Assembly: GCA_051382335.1 (NCBI GenBank)
Contig: JBBCAX010000016.1
Coordinates: 1 to 13,680 of the forward strand
From: Deltaproteobacteria bacterium TL4
Lineage (GTDB): Bacteria > SAR324 > NAC60-12
Length of the DNA stretch: 13,680 nt
Reading direction: 5' to 3'
Shown piece by piece: positions 1-7,654 of this stretch (the stretch's first letter is position 1; the number at the start of each line of letters is the position of its first letter). A program made the position numbers and the translations under genes. The notes under the pieces were generated by a model. The model saw only the letters and a program-made list of their open reading frames with translations. It was not told the origin of the DNA and ran no database searches.

Positions 1-125
1 TTATGAGGGCGAATAACGTAAAAAATATTAGCAAAGAACTATTTGAAAATGCGCTGGATATGGAAAGAATCTTAAATTATAAAGGTATCGGCATAAATTA
101 CGCCAATTAGAAGTGAACAGCCCTG
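1..125 (+). mobile_element. Right end of an ISAs1-family IS (partial; transposase 3' end plus terminal IR ending ...GTGAACAGCCCTG)
   Basis: Exact reverse complement of 13481-13605 over 125 bp. It encodes the transposase tail MRANNVKNISKELFENALDMERILNYKGIGINYAN, stop TAG at 108-110. Read from the terminus inward the IR is CAGGGCTGTTCAC, and CAGGG ends are typical of the ISAs1 family. Confidence 0.9.
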
Positions 126-861
126 GGTAAGCGGGCATGTGATCCTGCAACGTTGCTAACATTCGAGCCAGGGGATACATGCCATGAATAATCGGATTTT
201 TAAATCCAAAAGGTTTGGCCGTTACGCGAAACAAGTGAATTGGATTAAAATCACCAGAAATGACCGCGTAATGTCTTCCCAGATTGGCCGCTAATTCCCA
301 TTCTTCCTCGACCAGCGCATTGGCAATTGGCTGAGGGACAAGGTTCAGTTTTTTGTTGAAAGGACGAGTTTTGGCTAAAAAAGTCGATATGCCTTCCCAA
401 ACTAATTCATTGTTTGAGGTAACCAACGTAATGAGATCAAACTCAACGCCAACATGTTTATATCGGTTTCCTTCCAAATAACAATGATATTTGAGACACT
501 CCTTCGGGTTGAGGGGCCGATGTGAAATAATGGCTTGCCCTGTATGAACAATGCCTATCGCTTTTAAAGGGAAAACAGGCTTACACAGAATTTCAATCAT
601 TTGCGGCAAGGCCAATAAATGAGGAAACGTAGGAGGTAAAACGTTGTTATCGCTAAAGTCGCAAAGTTCACAATAGCGTTGAAGCATCTTGAAATCAGGT
701 TTGATTTCCGCGTCTTTTGCTTCAATGATGGGAATTAATTCGCCTTTGTACAAGCCAGGACGGGGAGAGAGTAAAAAAGACCGGATATCTTCTTTGCGAA
801 TTGACATCCTTGTCAAGCTATGTCGAAGTAATGCGTAATTTTTGAGCTTCGTTAAATTCAT
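126..861 (-). pseudogene. MaoC/double-hotdog (R)-enoyl-CoA hydratase-like gene, 3'-truncated by ISAs1; the ORF reads through into the IS to a stop at 28
   Basis: Hydratase-2 motif YAVISGDFNPIHL...FGFKNPIIHGM and N-terminal LPPTFPHLLA...GIVH are present. After ...DHMPAYP the frame enters the IS IR at 125, so the last 31 aa are IS antisense sequence. Likely start is ATG at 861, with GTG at 915 as an alternative. Confidence 0.8.
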
Positions 862-953
862 TGTGATACTTCTGGAAAATTTAAAGTCCTGAACCCGTAT
901 TTGTTCAAGGAACACGGAGGGACTTCAGTGGTGATTTATTTTCTTTGAGAAGA

Positions 954-1003
954 GACTCCGTTCTAGCGACGAATCTCCTCATTTCAACGTTGGAGGCGGA
1001 GTC
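954..1003. repeat. Imperfect hairpin between the divergent maoC-like and hemW-like genes
   Basis: GACTCCGTTCTAGCG (954-968) pairs with CGTTGGAGGCGGAGTC (988-1003), using G-U pairs and one bulged G. Confidence 0.5.
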
Positions 1004-1031
1004 GTTACAAAATTCCATACTATAGAACTCT

Positions 1032-2270
1032 ATGACAAATGTATTACCAGATGTAAAATATTCTGTTGAGCAAAATGAAAAATATGTAAAAAGGCCCCTT
1101 CCCTCGATTCCCGGAATCTACATCCACATTCCCTTTTGTCGAAAAATTTGCCCCTTTTGTCCCTTTACTGTTCGTAAGGATCGGGGCGAACTGCATGAGT
1201 CTTACTTGGATCTGATACAACAAGAAATGAGGCTTCGGGCTGAACAATTCCACTCACAATTAGAACCTTTACACTCGATTTACCTGGGAGGCGGAACGCC
1301 TTCGAGTTTGACAGTGAGCGAGATAGAAACGCTGATGAAGACAATTAAAAATCATTTTGAGTTAAGTCAACCTGTTGAGATTTCAATGGAATTGAACCCA
1401 GAGGATGTCCGTTTGGAATATTTACAAGGGTTGTTCTCACTGGGGATTAATCGGATCAGCCTGGGAGGACAAAGTTTTTTCCCGGAAATTCTTAAAACGT
1501 TAGGAAGAAATCACACGGCTCAACAACATCAGCAAGCCGTAGAACTGATGCGTCACTCCCCTTTTGAAAACTACAATGTTGACCTGATGTTTGGCATTCC
1601 GGGGCAGACGCTGGAAATGTTTCAAAACGATGTAAAAAAAATCACAGCCGCCAAACCCAAGCACCTTTCACTCTATGGCTTGGATATTGAGCCCGATACC
1701 CCCTTTGCTCATCAACCTGAAATCGTGGCTTGGGTACAAAATAACCAGGTCCTTTTTGAATCAATGTACCTGTGGGCGATTGAATACTTAAGTCAACAGG
1801 GTTTTGAGCATTACGAAGTGGCCAATTTTGCGCAAAAAGGATTTCGCAGCGTTTCCAATCTGTTAGTGTGGTCGGGCCTTCCTTACTTGGGCTTTGGCGT
1901 CAGTGCCCACTCTTATGTTCCGAACCAACGTTGGGCCAATGTTCAATCCCTGAGGCTCTATGCCGACAAACTCAACCAAGCGACGGAACCTGTCGCTTTT
2001 GTGGAAAACTTAACCGGGTCTCAACAAGCCAATGAAACCCTGATGTTGGGTTTACGACAAACCAAAGGGCTGGATCTCCGACATTGGGCCCGCGTCTTCA
2101 AGATCGAATGGTCGTCAACTCAGCAAAAACTGGTTACCAAACTTTGTGAAGAAAATTATGCGGAATGGAACGATCCGCTTCTTCAATTAAAGCCCAAAGG
2201 CCTTTTAATCGCAGATGGCATTACCGCGCGATTAATGCTGTTTGAAACCCCAGGCCTGAGAGCAAAATAA
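1032..2270 (+). CDS. hemW: Radical SAM heme chaperone HemW-like (HemN-like family)
   Basis: GIYIHIPFCRKICPFC (CxxxCxxC at 1137-1160), IYLGGGTPS, ISMELNPE, NRISLGGQSF, NVDLMFGIPGQT, HLSLYGL, HYEVANFA, YLGFGVSAHS and a HemN_C-like tail (LMLGLR...G). HemN's RNFQGY motif is absent. Confidence 0.85.
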   Translation: MTNVLPDVKYSVEQNEKYVKRPLPSIPGIYIHIPFCRKICPFCPFTVRKDRGELHESYLDLIQQEMRLRAEQFHSQLEPLHSIYLGGGTPSSLTVSEIETLMKTIKNHFELSQPVEISMELNPEDVRLEYLQGLFSLGINRISLGGQSFFPEILKTLGRNHTAQQHQQAVELMRHSPFENYNVDLMFGIPGQTLEMFQNDVKKITAAKPKHLSLYGLDIEPDTPFAHQPEIVAWVQNNQVLFESMYLWAIEYLSQQGFEHYEVANFAQKGFRSVSNLLVWSGLPYLGFGVSAHSYVPNQRWANVQSLRLYADKLNQATEPVAFVENLTGSQQANETLMLGLRQTKGLDLRHWARVFKIEWSSTQQKLVTKLCEENYAEWNDPLLQLKPKGLLIADGITARLMLFETPGLRAK

Positions 2271-2417
2271 CGTCAGAAACTTCACCAAGGATTCCCCTGC
2301 TTGACGGGAGAACCCAAACTTCAACGCCTTCCGTGTGAACCGTGGAAACCACAACTTTCAAAAGTTATGTTTTGTTATTTCCAAGCAATTCTTGACAAAC
2401 GATAAGGCTTTGTGAGA

Positions 2418-2446
2418 TTGATAAGAGCAGAGACTTTTGCTATAAT
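2418..2446 (+). promoter_or_regulatory. Sigma70-type promoter for the caspase-redoxin operon
   Basis: TTGATA (2418-2423), a 17-bp spacer, then TATAAT (2441-2446) with an extended -10 TG (TGcTATAAT). A second TTGACA lies at 2392-2397. Confidence 0.7.
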
Positions 2447-2541
2447 GACTCATCATCCTTAAATTCTGAGCTAAGCCTTGCGTCATAACAACGCAAAGAC
2501 AAAATCAACATCACCCTACAATCCCTGATCCTATAAAACAT

Positions 2542-2548
2542 GAGAGGT
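2542..2548 (+). promoter_or_regulatory. Ribosome-binding site
   Basis: GAGAGGT lies 4 nt upstream of the ATG at 2553. Confidence 0.65.
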
Positions 2549-2552
2549 TATT

Positions 2553-3944
2553 ATGCTTCGATTCTTGGGAATAGTCCTCAGCAGTTTGATTTTTGTGTCC
2601 TCGATAACCATGGCCTCAGAGGAGCTACGGGGAATCAGTCTTAAAAAAACGGATACGGCTGATGAAAATCCAGTCACCCCGGAAGAAAAAGCGCCTGCCG
2701 AAGGAACTTACCGGGCCTTGTTGATTGGGAACAACGATTATAAGTATTGGCCCACACTCAAAACCGCAGTCCTGGACGTATCGGCGCTTGGAGAACTGCT
2801 GATCAGCAGCTATGGTTTTCGCAAAGAGAATGTTACCCTCCTGCAAAATGCGGATCGACGTCAATTATTGGAAAGTTTAAGTCATCTCAAAAAAGTGTCC
2901 GGCAAAGAGGACAGTGTCCTTATCTACTATGCGGGTCATGGACAATATGACGAAGGTGAGGAAGGCTACTGGGTACCTGTTGATGGGAAAAAAGATGACA
3001 CGATTGATTATATTCCAAACACAACGCTGCTCACCAAATTAAGAGCGATTGACGCGGCACATAAGTTCATCATCGCTGATTCCTGTTTCAGTGGCAATCT
3101 CCTCACTCGAGGCGCCTCAAAAATCAATGCGGATTTGATGAGGAAAAATCGTTATTTCCGTGAAAAGAACAAACTGAAAAGTGTTCAAGGTTTGAGTTCT
3201 GGTGGAAATGAACCTGTCTTTGATGGCGGCGCAAAATGGGAAGGGCATTCGATTTTCGCGTATCATTTATTAGCGCTGCTGAAAGCCAATCAGCGTCCTT
3301 ATTTAGCGGCCTCACTCCTTGGCGTACAACTTACCGACAATGTCACAAACGATACCGCCACCAGAGATGGTGTTGGACAAACTCCAATCTTGCAATCCAT
3401 CAACAATCAGGGGCATCAAGGGGGTGAATTTTTCTTTGTACGTCCTGATTTTCAAAAGAAAAGAACTATTCTGGTTTATGAAACAAGTCCTGAGTTGGCC
3501 TTTGAAAAGGTCTCCGCCGGCGCCAGAAATACGATACGGTTGAAGCTGGTCCAATATTTGAAAAACTTTCCACAACTCAACATTGTGACCGATTCGTTGA
3601 GTGTCTCCTCTCAGCATGTGGAAAGTGCGTTGCCGCCTTTGATGGAACAAGAAAAAGCCGAGATCGCGATAGTCTATAGTATCCTGGGAAACATGACCGA
3701 ACAAGTCACCTTGATGTGGGAGGGAATTGCAACAATGGAGTTGAGTTTGAGCGCCTATGAGAGGGAGTTAGGCGTGTTGAACAAAATTGATCATCTCTCC
3801 ATACCCTCTCAACGTTTCCCCCTCCGAAAGTGGCCAAAAGAGGCGACTTTTCAGGAAGAACAATATGAAAAAGTCGCGTCGAAAGTCGCGAACAAATGGT
3901 CCCAAACCAAACTTCGTGGATTTGTAACTAACATTAGCGAGTAA
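2553..3944 (+). CDS. Secreted caspase-family (peptidase C14) protein with an uncharacterised C-terminal domain
   Basis: Hydrophobic signal-like N-terminus (MLRFLGIVLSSLIFVSSITMA), RALLIGNNDY...LKTAVLD, catalytic His in YYAGHG (2937-2939) and Cys in IADSCFSG (3084-3086), plus GNEPVFDG, HSIFAYHLL and QTP...GGEFFF. Confidence 0.88.
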   Translation: MLRFLGIVLSSLIFVSSITMASEELRGISLKKTDTADENPVTPEEKAPAEGTYRALLIGNNDYKYWPTLKTAVLDVSALGELLISSYGFRKENVTLLQNADRRQLLESLSHLKKVSGKEDSVLIYYAGHGQYDEGEEGYWVPVDGKKDDTIDYIPNTTLLTKLRAIDAAHKFIIADSCFSGNLLTRGASKINADLMRKNRYFREKNKLKSVQGLSSGGNEPVFDGGAKWEGHSIFAYHLLALLKANQRPYLAASLLGVQLTDNVTNDTATRDGVGQTPILQSINNQGHQGGEFFFVRPDFQKKRTILVYETSPELAFEKVSAGARNTIRLKLVQYLKNFPQLNIVTDSLSVSSQHVESALPPLMEQEKAEIAIVYSILGNMTEQVTLMWEGIATMELSLSAYERELGVLNKIDHLSIPSQRFPLRKWPKEATFQEEQYEKVASKVANKWSQTKLRGFVTNISE

Positions 3945-3956
3945 AGAGAAAAATAT

Positions 3957-4463
3957 ATGAAGAATGTGAAACAGCGAGCCTTAATCCGTCTTGTCGCCTT
4001 TTTATTAATTTTTATTTTTGTTGGCGGGGCTCCCGTGTTTGCCCAGAAAAAAACACCCAATTTTTGGCTAAGTAATATCGAGGGCAAACGCTTCAGCACC
4101 AAAACCCAGAAAACCCCTTATCTCATTAGCTTCTTCTTTATAGGATGTGTGCCCTGTATTAAAGAAATACCTGAACTGCACCGCATGATAACCAAAGAGT
4201 TTCCCCAAATCCCCTTACTTTTTATTGATCCTTTAAAAACAGATGACGCTTCGAAGATCAAGGAATTTGCCGATAAACTCGGTGTGCCGCTCTCCCTGTT
4301 TTATAGTGATGCTTTTGGAACCGTAGGCAAAAAATTTTTTGAAGGCGAGATGAAATTTCCAACGATTGTTGGTGTTAAAAAACATAAAATTCTGTTCCGG
4401 TTCTTAGGGTTACCCCCAGGAAATATTGCGAAAATCAGGGAGTTCCTGAAAAATAAAAGTTAA
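3957..4463 (+). CDS. TlpA/ResA-like thioredoxin-fold redoxin, exported
   Basis: Signal peptide ending VFA-Q, then TPNFWLSNIEGKRF, LISFFFIGCVPCIKEIPEL (CxxC), and a cis-Pro-like FPT motif. It starts 12 nt after the caspase stop. Confidence 0.85.
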   Translation: MKNVKQRALIRLVAFLLIFIFVGGAPVFAQKKTPNFWLSNIEGKRFSTKTQKTPYLISFFFIGCVPCIKEIPELHRMITKEFPQIPLLFIDPLKTDDASKIKEFADKLGVPLSLFYSDAFGTVGKKFFEGEMKFPTIVGVKKHKILFRFLGLPPGNIAKIREFLKNKS

Positions 4464-4561
4464 TCCCCTCAGAGTAACAGTTTCCAATAATCAACAAAAG
4501 CACAAAAACCATGGTCCGCCAAAATGACCGTTCCTGTAAGCGGCACCCTGGGATGATGAAA

Positions 4562-4728
4562 ATTGGGGTTGGTCCTATTTTCGGTCACAATTTGTAGGGG
4601 CGAACCTGTGTGTTCGCCCTGATCCTGGGCAGACACACAGGTCTGCCCCTACGGGATAAAACCCAAACCAGGTGGAACATCAAAGATCAAATTTTTGACA
4701 CATGTCCGAAAATGTGACCAACCCCAAT
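4562..4728. mobile_element. MITE-like element with 23-bp terminal inverted repeats
   Basis: ATTGGGGTTGGTCCTATTTTCGG (4562-4584) matches the reverse complement of 4706-4728 (ATTGGGGTTGGTCACATTTTCGG) at 21/23. The interior is non-coding and there is no clean target duplication. Confidence 0.6.
4594..4652. repeat. GTAG-type REP doublet (REPIN/BIME-like); probably also acts in termination or mRNA stabilisation between convergent genes
   Basis: GTAGGGGCGAACCTGTGTGTTCGCCC (4594-4619) and an inverted GTAGGGGCAGACCTGTGTGTCTGCCC (4627-4652, minus strand), separated by 7 nt. Each is a GTAG foot plus an 8-bp stem hairpin. Confidence 0.9.
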
Positions 4729-4761
4729 GAATTCCTCCGTGAAACCTTATTTTGCAGGTTT

Positions 4762-4792
4762 TCTTTCGTGTTTTTAGTGTTTTTCGTGGTTT
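4762..4792. repeat. Three imperfect 9-bp tandem repeats (TTTTTCGTG-like)
   Basis: TCTTTCGTG TTTTTAGTG TTTTTCGTG followed by GTTT. Confidence 0.65.
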
Positions 4793-4801
4793 TAAAAAGG
4801 T

Positions 4802-4824
4802 ACCTGCACAGGTGGAATAGTTTT
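4802..4824 (+). repeat. 23-bp motif, left copy of a long-range inverted repeat
   Basis: ACCTGCACAGGTGGAATAGTTTT, 21/23 identical to the reverse complement of 12992-13014. Confidence 0.8.
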
Positions 4825-4910
4825 CATCTCTAACTCCTTGTTACTGAACGTTTCCATTCTGTCTTTTTGGCATGGGAATAGGAGTGATGAATTCTGCCTT
4901 GCGGTGATCT

Positions 4911-6668
4911 TCAATAATCCGTTATGTCAGCAGAAATAGGCGGGTTATCGAAGCCTAAAAAAGTACGAATTCCCTCCGGTGTCAATGGTTCAAAATACGC
5001 TTCTCTAATTTTTTGCCCCAACCTTTCGTAGTGTTTGTAGTCCTCTTGACTGCGGCTTCTATAAAACTCAATTTCTCGAGCTAGCGACCGCGGGGTGTCG
5101 CACAGCCGCCAGATCTCGTGAGGAATGCTTTGGGGAATGGGGTTATGTGTTAAGCCATTAGGGTTTCCCAGAATAAGGACCGGGATTCCCTTGGCTAAAG
5201 TTTCAACACAGGTGCTGGAAATATAACCTAAAAGCAGGTTGGCTTTTTCAACACAGTCATTAAAATCGCCTTCGACCAACTCAAAAGCTTCAGGCCAGTC
5301 TGCGCCATATAAGTTTCGGATATATGCTGAAGTTTGGGTGGGGTGGGGTTTGATCCAGATTTGGAGCTTTGAAAGATCCAGTAAAGGCAGTGCCGACGCA
5401 ATGAAGCGTAGAACCGCCTGGTTGTCCTGATCTTCCATAGTCAAGGTAGACAACATGGTAAAATGGGTGCCAGGGTAGTGTTTTCTGGGGTTCCAGGTCC
5501 CTTGAAAGCGAAATGCGGGCGCCCTCATTATTTTGACTTCAGGGAAAAATTCCTTTTTTTCTTCGATATGTCCAACCCCGGGGACCGCAAGTATTGAAGG
5601 TAAAATTTTACAGTCATGTTCAAACCGCGTAGGAAACATGCACAGGTAATGAGGCGCTACAATAAATCCTTGATATCCGATTCTCGGAACGTCAGGGTAG
5701 TATTTTTGAAATCCGGCGTTCCAGCCTTTGTCAATTGCCTGGTTTTCAAACCAGTTGATGACTCGATGAAGGCGCACACCCTGTTGTTGAAGCCGGTAGG
5801 TGAATCTGTAATTCAATAAAGCGGAAATAGCTGAAGCGAGATCTCGTGTGTGATAGAGGTCTTCTTTGACTAAAGCTGAAAAATCAAGGCCCCGAAAATT
5901 TGAGCCTGTGATCTTTAGCTGACGGATTCGCCACAGATGCCCGAGGGCATAGCCGTAATCTTCCATTTTCAAATAATCTTCCCGCAGTAGAAAATTCATC
6001 GAGGATTGCCGCATTTGCTGGTAAGCGGAGCGATATTGTTTGATAGAAAAACCACTCAATTGCGGAACAAAATAAACCTGTTCTTGTTCGATGGGAGAAA
6101 GTTGTTCCCAGAGTCCGGTGTAATAGCGGTTTTTTTCTATAAATCCGGGAAGCACAAAGGTATCAATCAAGATCAATTTATGGTTTGACAAGGGACGTTT
6201 CAGGGAGCCTGATTTTCGAGCCTGGCGAAATTGTTGAACATATTCATTCAAGGCAAAAAAAGAACCATAAATCGGACGAAAGAGTTCTTTTATGTGACTT
6301 TTCCACGAGCGTGGTCGAGTCACGGGGATCGATTTTCCGCTTTTTTGTAACAGTTCTTTGAGGAGGCTCGCGAAGGCTTTTGAATCGACAATAATCTCCG
6401 CGGGAGGCTGATTGTTTTCAAGTAAGTGTTCCAGCAAAATGAACGCGCAACAATAATGAAAGAGAGGACAGGACGAGGTATTCCGACTGGCGGGACCTTC
6501 GACCCACCAATCAATGTTGGCGGCATGAGGTTCAGAGATACTTTGGATCCAGCCGGTAAACTCCAGACGAATCGTTACGGCGATCTCATTCCATAAAGGC
6601 GAATGTTGTGCGGGGATGCAGCCTCCGTAGCGAAGGTCCAGTTGCTGTTGTTTGGCTGTGGTTTTCAT
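4911..6668 (-). CDS. Surface-carbohydrate biosynthesis protein, putative GT-B-like transferase (resembles the LIC13510/TIGR04326-type family)
   Basis: About 585 aa, soluble, last gene of the glycan operon. Motifs seen: NRYYTGL, NWFENQAIDKG...IGYQG, IWIKPHP and SSTCVETLAKGIPVLIL. The HP and S-T-x-x-E pair resembles CMP-ulosonate-dependent GT-B enzymes. Likely start is ATG at 6668; the ORF is open to 6713. Confidence 0.6.
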   Translation of the reverse strand: MKTTAKQQQLDLRYGGCIPAQHSPLWNEIAVTIRLEFTGWIQSISEPHAANIDWWVEGPASRNTSSCPLFHYCCAFILLEHLLENNQPPAEIIVDSKAFASLLKELLQKSGKSIPVTRPRSWKSHIKELFRPIYGSFFALNEYVQQFRQARKSGSLKRPLSNHKLILIDTFVLPGFIEKNRYYTGLWEQLSPIEQEQVYFVPQLSGFSIKQYRSAYQQMRQSSMNFLLREDYLKMEDYGYALGHLWRIRQLKITGSNFRGLDFSALVKEDLYHTRDLASAISALLNYRFTYRLQQQGVRLHRVINWFENQAIDKGWNAGFQKYYPDVPRIGYQGFIVAPHYLCMFPTRFEHDCKILPSILAVPGVGHIEEKKEFFPEVKIMRAPAFRFQGTWNPRKHYPGTHFTMLSTLTMEDQDNQAVLRFIASALPLLDLSKLQIWIKPHPTQTSAYIRNLYGADWPEAFELVEGDFNDCVEKANLLLGYISSTCVETLAKGIPVLILGNPNGLTHNPIPQSIPHEIWRLCDTPRSLAREIEFYRSRSQEDYKHYERLGQKIREAYFEPLTPEGIRTFLGFDNPPISADITDY

Positions 6669-6688
6669 CGACTTTGTAGCATAACGGT

Positions 6689-7654
6689 TTAAGGGGCTGT
6701 TGCCCAACACCAAACATGAGAACTCATTTTATATTTTTGCAAGAACGCTTGAAATTCGGCGATTGCTTCCTCTCCCCTGCTATGGAGGACTCTCGCAAAT
6801 TCTCCACCAAGGCCACTGCTATGCACCAGATCGAAATCCAGGACCCCTGGCGTCCTGATGTCCACCGCTTGAAATCCTGCCCCTAAAAACAAGGTCTCCA
6901 GTCCTTTCACACTTAAAAAATTCAGATGATGAGGCGGAAAAACACTGATGGAGTCTTGTTGCAGGGTGAGAATGTCAAAGCCTTCATAGCCCAGGCCTGT
7001 AACGAGACATCTTCCTCCTTTTGAGGTTAAGCAAAGTAAGGAAGCCACGAATTGTGCCGGTGAAAATACATGTTCCAGAACTTCAGAGCTAAGCACCAAG
7101 TCAAACCTGCCTGCCCATTCTTTGGCCTCGATTGAAGTCCGCTCAAGCGTGGCAAATCCTTTTTCCCTGCAACGCTGAGCCAGTTCCTGTCCGGGTTCAA
7201 TCGCATAGAGTTCAGCCTCTGGAAAGCAGGGGCGCAGTTCTTCCAGGAAAATTCCAAAACCCGCACCCACATCGCATATTTTTCTGGGATTCACTCCGGC
7301 TTTCTGCAAGTGCGCTTTGATTTGCTGTGCCTTTTTTCGGAACAATTTTTCCCTGCGGATTTCCGCGACTTCCGGATAAAAGATGTTGGACCAGTAGTTC
7401 GAGGAAGGGCTATTTTCGTAAAAATTGGTGAGGACCTCTTCTCCGGGACGTGGAGAACAATAGAGGGAAGCACAGCTTTGACAGCGAACATAGTCAAAAC
7501 CGTTTTTTTGAAACATGGGAACCGCGTTAGTGTCTTTACAACCAGGACAAGCAATAGCTTTATATTCCTCCTGGTTAAAGTGACTCGCATCCTCCAAACT
7601 GAGTTCCAGGTAGCGTTGATACAATTCTTTGGGACGAATATCGAATATTTTCAT
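6689..7654 (-). CDS. Class I SAM-dependent methyltransferase with an N-terminal Zn ribbon
   Basis: CPGC...CQSC, motif I ICDVGAGFG, AIEP, FDLVLSSEVLEHV and PPHHLNF. Its start overlaps the upstream stop (ATGA at 7651-7654). Confidence 0.88.
   Translation of the reverse strand: MKIFDIRPKELYQRYLELSLEDASHFNQEEYKAIACPGCKDTNAVPMFQKNGFDYVRCQSCASLYCSPRPGEEVLTNFYENSPSSNYWSNIFYPEVAEIRREKLFRKKAQQIKAHLQKAGVNPRKICDVGAGFGIFLEELRPCFPEAELYAIEPGQELAQRCREKGFATLERTSIEAKEWAGRFDLVLSSEVLEHVFSPAQFVASLLCLTSKGGRCLVTGLGYEGFDILTLQQDSISVFPPHHLNFLSVKGLETLFLGAGFQAVDIRTPGVLDFDLVHSSGLGGEFARVLHSRGEEAIAEFQAFLQKYKMSSHVWCWATAP

Noticed and set aside
28..915. Intact 295-aa dehydratase
   Set aside because: The last 31 residues are IS antisense read-through.
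954..1010. Integron attC site
   Set aside because: It has a bulged hairpin but no properly placed RYYYAAC/GTTRRRY outer boxes, the flanking genes are divergent, and there is no integrase.
2289..2380. Intrinsic terminator after hemW
   Set aside because: Only weak or AT-only stems are present (for example AACTTT-CA-AAAGTT), with no GC-rich hairpin followed by a U tract.
2553..3944. Caspase-based anti-phage or cell-death system (gasdermin, CBASS or type III CRISPR associated)
   Set aside because: The protease has a signal peptide, and no gasdermin, NTPase, cyclase or Cas partner lies nearby.
4464..4910. CRISPR array or structured ncRNA in the repeat-rich intergenic region
   Set aside because: The repeats are inverted or short tandem units, with no regularly spaced direct repeats with unique spacers and no cas genes. 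REP and MITE structure explains the hairpins.
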